This document shows, piece after piece, positions 29,486 to 39,376 of a stretch of DNA of 60,359 bases. Origin of the DNA: Planctomycetota bacterium. GTDB lineage: Bacteria > Planctomycetota > Planctomycetia > Pirellulales > Lacipirellulaceae. Under the pieces are notes generated by a model. It worked only from the letters and a program-made list of their open reading frames with translations, ran no database searches and was not told the origin of the DNA. The first letter of the stretch is position 1. The number at the start of each line of letters is the position of its first letter. Both the position numbers and the translations under genes were made by a program. Where the stretch lies: NCBI GenBank assembly GCA_013151315.1, contig JAADIN010000265.1:1-60359 (forward strand). The letters are read 5' to 3'.

Positions 29486-31015
29486 ATGTACAAGCTGCTT
29501 CTTTGCTGGCGTTATCTGCGTACGCGTTACATCGCGCTCGTTTGCATCGTGAGTGTCTCGCTCGGCGTGGCCACGATGATTGTGGTCAACAGCGTGATGG
29601 CCGGCTTTACGACCGAGATGCAAGCGCGGCTCAACGGCATGTTGGGGGATTTGATTTTCGAGTGTCGTAGTTTGGACGGGGTGCCTGACGCCAAGCTTCA
29701 CATGGCCAAGATTCGTGAGACGACCGGCGACGCGATCGTTGGCATGTCGCCTACCGTTTCGGTTCCGGGGCTGATGTACATCGAGGTGATGGGCCCCGAC
29801 CGTGATTCGCAAGCCATGACCAAGCCGATCACTTTGGTTGGCATCGACGAAACGACGTATGCCGACGTCAGCGATTTCGACGACTACTTGCAGCATCCGG
29901 CCAACCGGCAGCAGCTCGAGTTCAATCTGCGCAACGGTGGATACGATGTCTACGACCACCAAGCCGAGGACGACAAAAAAATCAAACCGCGAACGCAAAT
30001 GGAACGGGCAGGCTGGCCTTACCGACGTTTCAAAGCTTCCGTAAAAAAACAGCGTGAACCGGTTGCGGTTTCGCAGGAGGAGCAAAAACCGACAGGCGCT
30101 CTTTCCCAAGACCCTTTTTTGGGGCAGCAGCAAGGTCGCGACTTCGATGCCGCTAAGGAACAGCACACGGGCATCGTCCTCGGAATCGGCACCTGCAGCT
30201 ACCGCGGGGTCGATGGCACCGATCATTTTATTGCGTTGCCGGGCGACGATGTGCGAATTAGTTTCCCAACCGCTTCGATGCCAGTGAAGGCGATCAACGA
30301 GCATTACACCATCGTCGATGTCTATGAAAGCAAGATGAGCGAGTACGACGCGAATTTTGTGTTTGTGCCACTTCGGGCCCTGCAGGAGAGTCGAGGCTTG
30401 GTCGATCCGAGTACTGGCATCGGCAAGTTTTCGTCGATTCAGATCAAGCTGCGACCGGACGTCGATGCCAACGAAGTTCGCGATCAAATTCGCAATGCTT
30501 TTCCAGCGGCGTTGTACATGGTTAGCACCTGGCGTGACAAGCAAGGCCCGCTGTTGGCGGCGGTGCAAATGGAACGGGCGGTGCTGAACGTTTTGTTGTT
30601 CATGATCATCGCGGTCGCCGGTTTTGGAATCTTGGCGATTTTTACGATGATTGTCGTCGAGAAGACCCGCGATATTGGGATTCTCAAGTCGTTGGGAGCC
30701 TCGGGACGCGGCGTGATGGGTATTTTCCTGGGCTATGGCCTGAGCTTAGGCATCGTCGGAGCTGGTGCTGGCATGGCCTTGGGGCTACTGTTCGTAGCCT
30801 ACATCAATGAGATTGCCGACGTGTTGGCCCGCCTCACCGGCCAGCCGGTGTTCGACCCGTCGGTCTACTACTTCTCAAAAATTCCAACGATCGTGAGTAC
30901 GCAAACCGTGGCCTGGATCTGCCTGGGCGCGATCAGCATCGCGGTGCTCGCAAGTGTTTTACCAGCCCGCCGCGCCGCACTGCTCCACCCTGTAAAGGCA
31001 TTGCAATATGAATAG
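29486..31015 (+). CDS. lolE: Lipoprotein-releasing ABC permease LolC/E family
   Basis: RYLR...GVATMIVVNSVMAGF, EKTRDIGILKSLGA, LPARRAA..HPVKALQYE; lies between lysS and lolD. Confidence 0.88.
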   Translation: MYKLLLCWRYLRTRYIALVCIVSVSLGVATMIVVNSVMAGFTTEMQARLNGMLGDLIFECRSLDGVPDAKLHMAKIRETTGDAIVGMSPTVSVPGLMYIEVMGPDRDSQAMTKPITLVGIDETTYADVSDFDDYLQHPANRQQLEFNLRNGGYDVYDHQAEDDKKIKPRTQMERAGWPYRRFKASVKKQREPVAVSQEEQKPTGALSQDPFLGQQQGRDFDAAKEQHTGIVLGIGTCSYRGVDGTDHFIALPGDDVRISFPTASMPVKAINEHYTIVDVYESKMSEYDANFVFVPLRALQESRGLVDPSTGIGKFSSIQIKLRPDVDANEVRDQIRNAFPAALYMVSTWRDKQGPLLAAVQMERAVLNVLLFMIIAVAGFGILAIFTMIVVEKTRDIGILKSLGASGRGVMGIFLGYGLSLGIVGAGAGMALGLLFVAYINEIADVLARLTGQPVFDPSVYYFSKIPTIVSTQTVAWICLGAISIAVLASVLPARRAALLHPVKALQYE

Positions 31016-31751
31016 TCTCACCCCAACGCTAGACCGGCCGCTTGCGGGTACGCAGCGCATCGAGCAAATGGCCACCCGCGATCTCTTCAAGAGCTACCGC
31101 AAGGGCCCGCTAGGCATTCCGGTACTGCAAGGCATCGATCTGTCGGTCACTCGGGGCGAATTTCTTTCGATCGTCGGCCAAAGCGGTTGCGGCAAAAGCA
31201 CCTTGCTCCACTTGCTAGGCACACTCGATCAGCCCGACGCGGGCGAAGTGCATTTCCAAGGCAACCGCATCGACAACTTGCCCAGCACAAGCCGCGACCT
31301 TCTGCGCAACCGCCACTTCGGCATGGTCTTTCAGTTCTATCATCTGCTGCCAGAATTCACGGCACTAGAAAATGTGCTCACGCCCGCGCTGATTGCCGAG
31401 AGCACGTTTGGCTACTGGCGGAAGCGCAAGCAATACCGCCGACGGGCCGAGGAGCTGCTCGAAATGGTCGGCCTCAGTGATCGGAGGAAGCACAAACCTC
31501 GCGAAATGTCGGGCGGCGAAATGCAGCGGACGGCCATCGCTCGAGCCCTGCTGGCCGAGCCGAGCGTGCTGCTGGCCGACGAACCGACCGGCAATCTCGA
31601 CCGAGCGACCGGCGAGCAGATCATGCAGGTGCTCCGTGAGTTGAACCAAGAGCAAAAGCTCACTATAGTCATGGTAACCCACGATCCGTGGATCGCCGAG
31701 CAAGCCGACCGCGAGGTCCGCTTGGTGGAAGGCCGAATTCAAACTGCGTAG
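31008..31751 (+). CDS. lolD: Lipoprotein-releasing ABC ATPase LolD
   Basis: GQSGCGKST, FQFYHLLPEFTALENV, MSGGEMQR, LADEPTGNLD. Confidence 0.9.
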   Translation: MNSLTPTLDRPLAGTQRIEQMATRDLFKSYRKGPLGIPVLQGIDLSVTRGEFLSIVGQSGCGKSTLLHLLGTLDQPDAGEVHFQGNRIDNLPSTSRDLLRNRHFGMVFQFYHLLPEFTALENVLTPALIAESTFGYWRKRKQYRRRAEELLEMVGLSDRRKHKPREMSGGEMQRTAIARALLAEPSVLLADEPTGNLDRATGEQIMQVLRELNQEQKLTIVMVTHDPWIAEQADREVRLVEGRIQTA

Positions 31752-31779
31752 CGCTGTTCTCCAATATCAAAAACTTCTT

Positions 31780-32637
31780 ATGTCGCGACAGGTTTACATC
31801 AACGGCAAGTTCGTCCCTGCGGAGCAGGCGACCGTCAGCGTTTTCGACCATGGGTTGCTCTACGGCGATGGGGTGTTCGAAGGCCTACGCAGCTACAATT
31901 CAAAAGTTTTTCGTCTCGAGCAGCATGTTCGGCGGCTCTACGAATCGGCCGAGGCGATTCGCCTCGAAATTCCTATGTCGCAAGCTGCCATGGGCGAGGC
32001 GATCGACCTTTCGGTTCAGACCAACGGCATCGAGGATGGATACATCCGCGCCGTGGTTACCCGCGGTGCGGGTACTTTGGGGCTCGATCCGAATCGATGC
32101 CATGATCCGCAAGTAATTATCATCGCCGACGCGATTGCCCTTTACCCCGAGGAGTTGTACGAAAAAGGTTTGGAGATTATTACCTCGAGTGTGATTCGCA
32201 ACCACCCGGCGGCCCTGAACCCGTGCATCAAATCGCTGAACTACTTGAACAACATTTTGGCAAAGATCGAAGGTCTCGAAGCAGGTTGCATCGAAGCGCT
32301 TATGCTGAACCACAAGGGCGAAGTCGCCGAGTGCACGGGCGACAATCTTTTTTTGGTGCGAGATGGCCAATTGCTAACTCCGCCGCTCGACGCGGGCATC
32401 TTGGGCGGCATCACTCGCGGAGCGGTCATCGAACTGGCCCGCGAGACGGGCCTCGAAGTGCTTGAAACCACGCTGTCCCAAGACGATGTCTACGCCGCCG
32501 ACGAATGTTTTTTGACGGGCACCGCGGCCGAGGTGATTCCGGTCGTTAAAGTCGACGACCGGAGTATTGGTACTGGAAAACCGGGCCCGATAACGCTCGA
32601 TCTGAAAGAGCGGTTTCACCGGCTGGCACGGGAGTGA
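31780..32637 (+). CDS. ilvE: Branched-chain amino acid aminotransferase
   Basis: DHGLLYGDGVFEG, IKSLNY (PLP-binding Lys), LGGITR, ECFLTGTAAE. Confidence 0.95.
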   Translation: MSRQVYINGKFVPAEQATVSVFDHGLLYGDGVFEGLRSYNSKVFRLEQHVRRLYESAEAIRLEIPMSQAAMGEAIDLSVQTNGIEDGYIRAVVTRGAGTLGLDPNRCHDPQVIIIADAIALYPEELYEKGLEIITSSVIRNHPAALNPCIKSLNYLNNILAKIEGLEAGCIEALMLNHKGEVAECTGDNLFLVRDGQLLTPPLDAGILGGITRGAVIELARETGLEVLETTLSQDDVYAADECFLTGTAAEVIPVVKVDDRSIGTGKPGPITLDLKERFHRLARE

Positions 32638-32692
32638 GCCCAGTGACTTTGGATCAGACACTTTTCTCGTTGTTATGCTAGAGTAGAATAGC

Positions 32693-32932
32693 ATGATGTC
32701 ATTTGATATCGTTGGGGAAATCACGGAGGTCGAAACCTTCGCTGTTGGCGGGAGCATTCGAGAGTTACCCAGGCTCCGAAAAATTTACGGCCAAGGACGG
32801 TGGCGCAAACGAAAGGGTTTTACGAAAGTTCGTTTGGCATCGGACGGGAGTGTGAGAGAAGTGGAACTCCATTGGTACGAGGCGACCGGCTTGGGACGGT
32901 TTGAATTCAAAATCAAACGTTACTTGGACTAA
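32693..32932 (+). CDS. Small basic protein, putative toxin of a two-gene module
   Basis: 79 aa, basic, with WRKRKG and ELHWYEA.G.G..EFKIK; 6 bp from a downstream acidic partner. Confidence 0.7.
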   Translation: MMSFDIVGEITEVETFAVGGSIRELPRLRKIYGQGRWRKRKGFTKVRLASDGSVREVELHWYEATGLGRFEFKIKRYLD

Positions 32933-32938
32933 TTAATT

Positions 32939-33160
32939 ATGACTACCCCCCGACTTTGCGTCTGTATAAAAAATTCCGAGTATGAGGCATCGCTGGAATT
33001 GCGGAAAATCTACGAAGTCGTTGACGATGAGGAAGCGCGTGTTCTCCGCCAAATTCGAGTTATCGATGAATCAGGCGAAGATTATTTGTACCCCGAGGAC
33101 TTTTTTGTCCGCGTCGACTTACCTCAGTCGCTGGAGAAGCAATTGTTAGAGTCGGCTTAA
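32939..33160 (+). CDS. Small acidic protein, putative antitoxin/immunity partner
   Basis: 73 aa with SLELRKIYEV...IRVIDESGEDYLYPEDFF. Confidence 0.72.
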   Translation: MTTPRLCVCIKNSEYEASLELRKIYEVVDDEEARVLRQIRVIDESGEDYLYPEDFFVRVDLPQSLEKQLLESA

Positions 33161-33179
33161 CTCGCGCCTCCCAACCCCT

Positions 33180-33983
33180 TTATTTCGATTGGCCGCGGAC
33201 CACTTCTTCCTCCGCTCGGCTGGCCAAGAACGCTTCGTTGTCGACCTTCTCAAAACTGGTCAAATACCGACGGGCTTGATCGAGTCGGGCACGGTCTTCG
33301 CGAGAAAGCCGCCAAGTGAAAAGGTGCGTGGCGCGAACTTTGGTCGATTGCGAGTCGACCTTGCGATGAATTTCCACCGGCACGACGCTGTGCGTTTGTA
33401 GTGCGGCGTTGAGTTCCAGCCGTGGGCCAGGCGGGGGGTTGCCGTGCATCATCGTGTTGAGCCGCGTATACCAATCGGTGAACTCCCGATAGCGGGCTAG
33501 CATGGTGGCGTTTTCGGCGGGCACGGTTGCGACTTGGTACTGCCAATTTTCGCTTTCGAGGCTCAACATTCCCGACGCTTCGTCAAACTGTTGTTCAAAC
33601 GTAGGTTCGGCCGCGAATTTCAGCAGGGGATCGTCTTGCTCCGAGGCCCAGCGGACGAGTTTTTTCATGAGGCCCGAGATGCGCTTGGTCGATACCTCGG
33701 TACGCTGCTTGGTCTTCAGGTCGAGCAAAATAAACTGACCTGGGCGCGACGAGGTGGGAGGCCGAAAAACGGTGATTTGTGTTGTTTCCCCAGAGATCGC
33801 CTGCTCAGAAAAATCGTAGACCGCGCCGGTGTCGAACAGGGTGATGTTGTGGCTTACCGACTCGATTTCGTCGCCGACATAGACATCGGTTTCAATTCGT
33901 AGTCCTTCGCCGTAAGCGAGAGGGTTGGCGGCAAAAACACTCAGCAGGGCGAAGGCCGCCACGAAAAAACGGTTGGCGGGCAT
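33180..33983 (-). CDS. Hypothetical secreted protein
   Basis: Signal peptide (…PLAYG); host-like codon usage; no recognised domain. Confidence 0.7.
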   Translation of the reverse strand: MPANRFFVAAFALLSVFAANPLAYGEGLRIETDVYVGDEIESVSHNITLFDTGAVYDFSEQAISGETTQITVFRPPTSSRPGQFILLDLKTKQRTEVSTKRISGLMKKLVRWASEQDDPLLKFAAEPTFEQQFDEASGMLSLESENWQYQVATVPAENATMLARYREFTDWYTRLNTMMHGNPPPGPRLELNAALQTHSVVPVEIHRKVDSQSTKVRATHLFTWRLSREDRARLDQARRYLTSFEKVDNEAFLASRAEEEVVRGQSK

Positions 33984-34276
33984 GGCGAATTTTCCTGGTT
34001 GAGGCGGAGGGGACGTTGAGTAGGTTCTATGGGTTTGCAGAATACGCGGGGCACGGTTTTCTGTATACGGCGGTTGATGCTAGCTGTGTATGCGGGAGAG
34101 GAAGGAGGAGGGGGGCTGTTTGGGGATTTTTCTGTCGTGGCCGACAGCGCTAACGGTTCGTTGTCGCTTATTTTTTCGGCTTTTGCGGCATTTGGATGGG
34201 ACACAATCGGTTGAAATATGAAAATTGCAGTTACCGGGTTGGGTAGCCTAATTTCAGGGAGAAAATGGGAGGTATC

Positions 34277-34316
34277 GCAAAATGCGATTGACCATTTTGC
34301 ATTACAAACGCATAAT
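34277..34316 (+). promoter_or_regulatory. Sigma70 promoter of the TA operon with an overlapping palindromic operator
   Basis: TTGACC (34288)-17 bp-CATAAT (34311); inverted repeat GCAAAATG-N8-CATTTTGC (34277-34300) overlaps the -35 box. Confidence 0.72.
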
Positions 34317-34322
34317 GGAATC

Positions 34323-34577
34323 ATGCCAACCGTAACCTTTACTGAAGACTCTGCCTCGGCCCTGGCGAAGCTGCCCAAGCCAATCAAAGCTCGCGTTGCC
34401 GAGATGATCGTTCGCTTGGCAAAGTGGCCAGAGATTAGCGGAGCCAAAGCACTTTCAGGAAAACTTGCCGGACACTATCGTTTGCGGACGGGCGACTACC
34501 GATTGCAATTTCGCATCGAAGACGATTCGGTCATCATTGAACAAGTTGGTCATCGCGATGGTTTTTACGAAGGATAA
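34323..34577 (+). CDS. RelE/ParE-superfamily toxin
   Basis: KALSGKLAGHYRLRTGDYRLQF...VGHRDGFY. Confidence 0.9.
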   Translation: MPTVTFTEDSASALAKLPKPIKARVAEMIVRLAKWPEISGAKALSGKLAGHYRLRTGDYRLQFRIEDDSVIIEQVGHRDGFYEG

Positions 34578-34582
34578 ATTTC

Positions 34583-34957
34583 ATGCCGGTTACAGCTCAA
34601 CACCTAGATATCGATGGAAAGCACTACGTGCTTTTGCCGGAGGCCGATTATGAGTTGCTTTGCGGCCGTGCGGGCGAGGCGATTGCGCTCGACGAAAGCG
34701 ACCTGCCAGCGCTTCCCAAACCCGATAAGAAAGGCCGCTTTCCTGCCCTTGAGTATACTCGCATTGCACTTGCTCGAGACATCATCCGCGACCGCAAGGC
34801 GGCCCGACTTACCCAGACCAAACTGGCGGAGCTAGCCGGCATTCGCCAAGAGACCCTCTCGCGAATCGAATCAGGAAAGCACAAGGCGTCGGTCAAGACG
34901 ATTGAAAAGATCGACCAGATATTGCGAAAGAAACTTCGCGGTAAGAAAGGCAAGTGA
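34583..34957 (+). CDS. XRE-family HTH antitoxin (HigA-like; toxin-first operon)
   Basis: RKAARLTQTKLAELAGIRQETLSRIESGK; lies directly after the toxin. Confidence 0.85.
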   Translation: MPVTAQHLDIDGKHYVLLPEADYELLCGRAGEAIALDESDLPALPKPDKKGRFPALEYTRIALARDIIRDRKAARLTQTKLAELAGIRQETLSRIESGKHKASVKTIEKIDQILRKKLRGKKGK

Positions 34958-35092
34958 TAGTCAAACTGCGGATGCCGGACGGAAGTGGAATAATCCTCTC
35001 AAAAGAAAACTTCTCCTGTCCTACAAGACTCTCCTTCGGCGATTTGACGCGATTGTTTTCGCACCGTGTGCTGCGTGGCAGCACGGCTGACC

Positions 35093-36835
35093 TCACCCCT
35101 CGACGCGCCAATCGTCCAAATGAATTTCCACCGAGACGCGGCCGCGGTAGCGGTTGATTACGGGGCGGAAGGCGATCGAGAGGGGCCCGTCGATGCTTGC
35201 AAGCTCTTCTTCCCAGTCGCCGCCGCCGAAAGCGACGGCTCGCATTTTTACGCCGTGCTGATCAAAGGTCATCGAGAGGTGGTGGCCGGTGGCGCCCATG
35301 CGTTTGGGCTTGCCGGAGAGTCGGACTTCGCTGGCGCAGAGCACGGGGCGCGAGTTGCCGTTTCCAAATGGAGCCAAGCGATCGATCTGTTCGACCGTTT
35401 GTCGGGTTAACATTTGTAGCGATGCCTCGGCGTCGATGCGCAGTTCGGCCCCGGCGTCGTTGGGGTCGATTTTCTCTCGGGCGACTTGGCAAAAGGCATC
35501 GCGGAATGCGTCGAGGTTGGCTGATTTGATTCTTAGGCCGGCTGCTGCGGCGTGGCCGCCATGGCTTTCTAGCAGATGGCCGCACTCGGCCAAGGCTTCG
35601 TGAAGATTGAAACCGGGCACGCTGCGGGCCGATCCGATGCCCGGTTTGACGCCCAAGGGGTCTTCGGCGATGAGCACGACGGGGCGATGGTGTTTTTCTG
35701 CGAGTCGTCCGGCCACGATGCCGATGATGCCGGCGTGCCACTCGTGGCTGGCGAGCACGAGGGCAGGTGAATTTTCCAGGTCGCCGAGTGCTTTGACTTG
35801 CTTTGAGGCGGCGAGCATGATGCTGCGGTCTTGCGATTGGCGTTGCGAGTTGAGCTCGTCGATGTACTGGGCAATCGTATCGGCCCGTTGTTGGCTGTCG
35901 GTGGTTAGCAGTTCGATCGCGATGTCGGCTTGTCCCAGGCGTCCGGCTGCGTTGAGTCGGGGGCCGATCGTAAAACCGATGTCTTCGCATTCGAGAAAGG
36001 GTTTTTTGTCGAGCTGGGTCTTTCGCATCAGGGCGGCGAGCCCCACGGTGGGCTCTGCTTTTAATGAATCGAGACCGTAGCGGACCAAGATTCGGTTTTC
36101 GTCAACGAGCGGTACGACGTCGCAGACGGTGCCAATCGCGGCGAGTCCGACGGCCTGGAGCAGAAAAGTGCGAAGCCGATCGGTCACTTTTTTTCCGTCG
36201 CTCGCACACTGGCAAATGGCCCAAGCAAGCTTGAAGGCGACGGCTGCACCGCAGAGGCCTGCGAAGGGATAATCGGTTCCTGGCAAGCCGGGGTGCACAA
36301 TCGCGGCGGCGGCGGGCAGTGTGTCGGCCGTTTGGTGATGGTCGGTCACGATGAGCGTGAGACCGAGCTCTTTGGCGACTTGCGCTTCGGCGACACTGGC
36401 GACGCCGCAGTCGACGGTGACGATCAGCTGGGTGCCTCGGTCGGCCAGTTTACGAAGTGCGTCGGCGTTAAGACTGTAACCTTCGTCGATGCGGTGGGGC
36501 ACGTAGAAGTCGACGTTTGCGCCGAGCAACCGCAAGCAACGCAAGAGGATGGCGGTCGCGGTCATGCCATCGGCGTCGTAGTCGCCGTAGATGGTGATTT
36601 GTTGGTTGGCCCTGACGGCGGCGTAGACGAGCTTTGCCGCTTCCTTGGTGCCAGGCAGTTCGGCCGGTTCGCGCAAACCGCTGAGCTTGGGATCGAGAAA
36701 CTGTCGGGCGACTTCGGGGTCGCGAATTCCGCGCGACAAAAGAAGTTGGGCCACGACGGCGGGAATTCCTGCGGCTCGCTCGAGCGCGGAGATGTTCAGA
36801 GGATCGCAAGAGGCAATGCGCCAGCGCTTGGGCAT
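35093..36835 (-). CDS. recJ: Single-stranded-DNA exonuclease RecJ
   Basis: YGDYDADG, TVDCG, TDHH, PRLNAAGR, GSARS, GGHAAAAG. Start placed at ATG 36835 because the extension runs through repeats. Confidence 0.95.
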   Translation of the reverse strand: MPKRWRIASCDPLNISALERAAGIPAVVAQLLLSRGIRDPEVARQFLDPKLSGLREPAELPGTKEAAKLVYAAVRANQQITIYGDYDADGMTATAILLRCLRLLGANVDFYVPHRIDEGYSLNADALRKLADRGTQLIVTVDCGVASVAEAQVAKELGLTLIVTDHHQTADTLPAAAAIVHPGLPGTDYPFAGLCGAAVAFKLAWAICQCASDGKKVTDRLRTFLLQAVGLAAIGTVCDVVPLVDENRILVRYGLDSLKAEPTVGLAALMRKTQLDKKPFLECEDIGFTIGPRLNAAGRLGQADIAIELLTTDSQQRADTIAQYIDELNSQRQSQDRSIMLAASKQVKALGDLENSPALVLASHEWHAGIIGIVAGRLAEKHHRPVVLIAEDPLGVKPGIGSARSVPGFNLHEALAECGHLLESHGGHAAAAGLRIKSANLDAFRDAFCQVAREKIDPNDAGAELRIDAEASLQMLTRQTVEQIDRLAPFGNGNSRPVLCASEVRLSGKPKRMGATGHHLSMTFDQHGVKMRAVAFGGGDWEEELASIDGPLSIAFRPVINRYRGRVSVEIHLDDWRVEG

Positions 36836-36913
36836 ATCGTCCGTGACGTGGTGAGAGGATAGAGGCGTGAGAGGATAGAGGCTCGCGAATCTTCCACGCT
36901 GGATTGCCATGCT

Positions 36914-36991
<78 letters not shown>

Positions 36992-37009
36992 CTCTTGACC
37001 TTGGCTTTT

Positions 37010-37183
37010 CTACTTCTTCTTCTCGACGTGTAGCGTGTGTTTGCGCAGACGTGGGCAATATTTTTTTAGCCGCAACTTTTCGCCGCCCATCTTACGACGG
37101 ACCGTGTAGTTGTAGTCGCCGGTTTCTTCACACACCAAGAAGACCGACTCGACCTTCCTCTTTCTTCTGCCTGATTTGGCCAT
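37010..37183 (-). CDS. rpmG: 50S ribosomal protein L33 (absent from the ORF track; 57 aa)
   Basis: Manual translation: [57 protein letters not shown]. Confidence 0.93.
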   Translation of the reverse strand: MAKSGRRKRKVESVFLVCEETGDYNYTVRRKMGGEKLRLKKYCPRLRKHTLHVEKKK

Positions 37184-37486
37184 GATCTTTTTTCGCTTTT
37201 GTCTATTGGGTTGGGTCGCTGGGGAAACTCTTGGAAGAGCCTAAATCGTTCTTTGGGATGCCCGGGGCAATTTTGCTTTTTCGCGGTTGGCGTTGGCTCT
37301 TGCGCAAGCGACGGGGCCGTCGGCGCTAACCGCGTAAACTCCGTAGGCCCACGATTTTACGCCCTTTTGCCGGATTCTGCCAGTGGTGAAATAGGAGTCT
37401 GAAGAATGCGAGAAGCGAGTTATACTTGAAGATACGTAGCATGGCCCCCCGGCCCGAGTGAAAAGCCTCTCCGCCTAGGCGAAATC

Positions 37487-39097
37487 GTGAATCCATTGCC
37501 CGTCGAAAACCTGACTCCGAGCCTCAGTTCCGTGGCGGGGGCTGGGTCTGTTTCGCCGGCAGGGCCTGTTTCTCCGGAGAAATCGGGCCGCCGTTCGGGC
37601 GTCCTTGGCCTTGTTGCTGCGACGGTCGCAGCGTGGGCCGGGGCAGGGCAGGCCTCTTCGTGGCTCGCCAGCATACTGGTCCACGGGGGCCTCTTGGGGC
37701 TCCTCTCGCTGATGATGTTTGTTTCACCTAGCGAGGGGCCTCGTCTTTGGTTGCAGGGGTCGCTCCAGCCGGAAATCGCCGAGACGCTCGATTTGGAATT
37801 GAGCACCCTTGCGGCATCGGGCGACGAAGTGAGCGAGTCGCAGGACTCGCTGGCGGCGTTTGCGGAGTTGGGAACTTTGGGGGCGGACCGAATCGTGGCG
37901 CCTCCGCAGCTAGAAAGTTTTGAAGTTGCCAGCAGTTCTCAGGTCTCCAGCCTCTCGATGGATTCGATCGGCGAGCCCCTTGCGTTGCGTGGGGGGGGGC
38001 TTCAGGGCCGGAAAATTGAGAATCGCCGCAACTTGGCGCTCGGCAATGGCGGCACGGCGGCAAGCGAATCGGCGGTGGAGAAAGGCTTGGCTTGGCTGGC
38101 GGCGCACCAAGGGGCCGACGGGGGTTGGCGGTTCAACTTAAAATTGTGTCCCCAGTGTCTTGGCGAATGCAGAGACTCGGGCGTTCTTGATACGACGACC
38201 GCCCCGACGGGGCTGGCGCTGCTTTGCTTTTTGGGGGCCGGCTATACGCAGCACGAGGGGCCCTACCAAGAGACGGTTTCCAAGGGACTTTATTATTTGA
38301 GTGATCGAATGGTATTGACCGACCAGGGAGGGGATTTGCGTGATACCTCGATGCTAGACAAGTTGAGCGAAGAGATGCCTTCTTTTCGCAAAAGCGGCGA
38401 CATGTATTCTCACGGCATCGCGACGCTTGCGCTCTGCGAAGCGTATGCGATGACTCGCGACGAAAGCATCCGCCTACCGGCGCAGGAGGCGGTGGATTTT
38501 ATTGTCCATGCCCAGCATTCCCAGGGAGGTTGGCGTTATGTGCCTGGGGAGCCGGGCGACACGACGGTCAGCGGTTGGCAAGTGACGGCCCTGAAAAGTG
38601 CGCTGCTGGGGAAATTAAAAGTGCCGCGTGGGGTTTGGTATCGAGCGTCGGATTATTTCGACAGTGTGCAGGACGATCGGGGGGCGACTTACGGCTATCA
38701 AGGGCCCTCGAAATCGCGGCCTTCGACGACCGTCGTTGGCCTGTTTAGCCGTATGATCCTCGGCTGGCCCCGCGAGCATCCGCCGCTGGTGAAGGGGATG
38801 TCGAAAATGGCCAAACAACAGCCCCATCAAAACAGCATGTATTTTAATTATTACGCCTCGCAGGCGATCTTTCACATGGGCGGACCGGGGTGGGAACGGT
38901 GGAATCCACGCATGCGGGAGTATCTGGTGAACTCGCAAGCGACCGAGGGCCACGAGGCGGGGAGCTGGTATTTTGATGAGGCGTGGAGCGACCACGGCGG
39001 CAGGCTGTATACAACGGCACTGTCGATTCTTACGCTGGAAGTCTATTACCGCTACATGCCGATGTACCAAGAAGCGTTTGTCGGCGACGCGCCGTAG
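37487..39097 (+). CDS. Membrane-anchored prenyltransferase/squalene-oxidase repeat protein
   Basis: SILVHG TM anchor; QW-like repeats LAWLAAHQGADGGW, AQHSQGGWRY, SQATEGHEAGSW; GGRLYTTAL..LEVYYRY. Confidence 0.85.
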   Translation: MNPLPVENLTPSLSSVAGAGSVSPAGPVSPEKSGRRSGVLGLVAATVAAWAGAGQASSWLASILVHGGLLGLLSLMMFVSPSEGPRLWLQGSLQPEIAETLDLELSTLAASGDEVSESQDSLAAFAELGTLGADRIVAPPQLESFEVASSSQVSSLSMDSIGEPLALRGGGLQGRKIENRRNLALGNGGTAASESAVEKGLAWLAAHQGADGGWRFNLKLCPQCLGECRDSGVLDTTTAPTGLALLCFLGAGYTQHEGPYQETVSKGLYYLSDRMVLTDQGGDLRDTSMLDKLSEEMPSFRKSGDMYSHGIATLALCEAYAMTRDESIRLPAQEAVDFIVHAQHSQGGWRYVPGEPGDTTVSGWQVTALKSALLGKLKVPRGVWYRASDYFDSVQDDRGATYGYQGPSKSRPSTTVVGLFSRMILGWPREHPPLVKGMSKMAKQQPHQNSMYFNYYASQAIFHMGGPGWERWNPRMREYLVNSQATEGHEAGSWYFDEAWSDHGGRLYTTALSILTLEVYYRYMPMYQEAFVGDAP

Positions 39098-39376
39098 CAA
39101 ATAGCCGAGCGATCTAACAGAATAGCCGCGATCTGACAGATCGCCGGAGCGAAAAGGCCCGCATCGGTTGCGTTTTGTGAACAACGCGCTCGGCCGGTGT
39201 GGCAGGTAGTCAACCTTGCCATCGCAAAACGCTCTTCTACCGCTACTTCTTGGCGAGACGCAACTCCTTTCCAGTAATCAGGTTGCGCTTATTTTCTTCG
39301 GCGAAAAACGGCTTCCCGGCACGGGCTCTGCAATAGGGCGAGCAGACGATTCCAAGCTGGCCCCGAGGAAGTAGCC

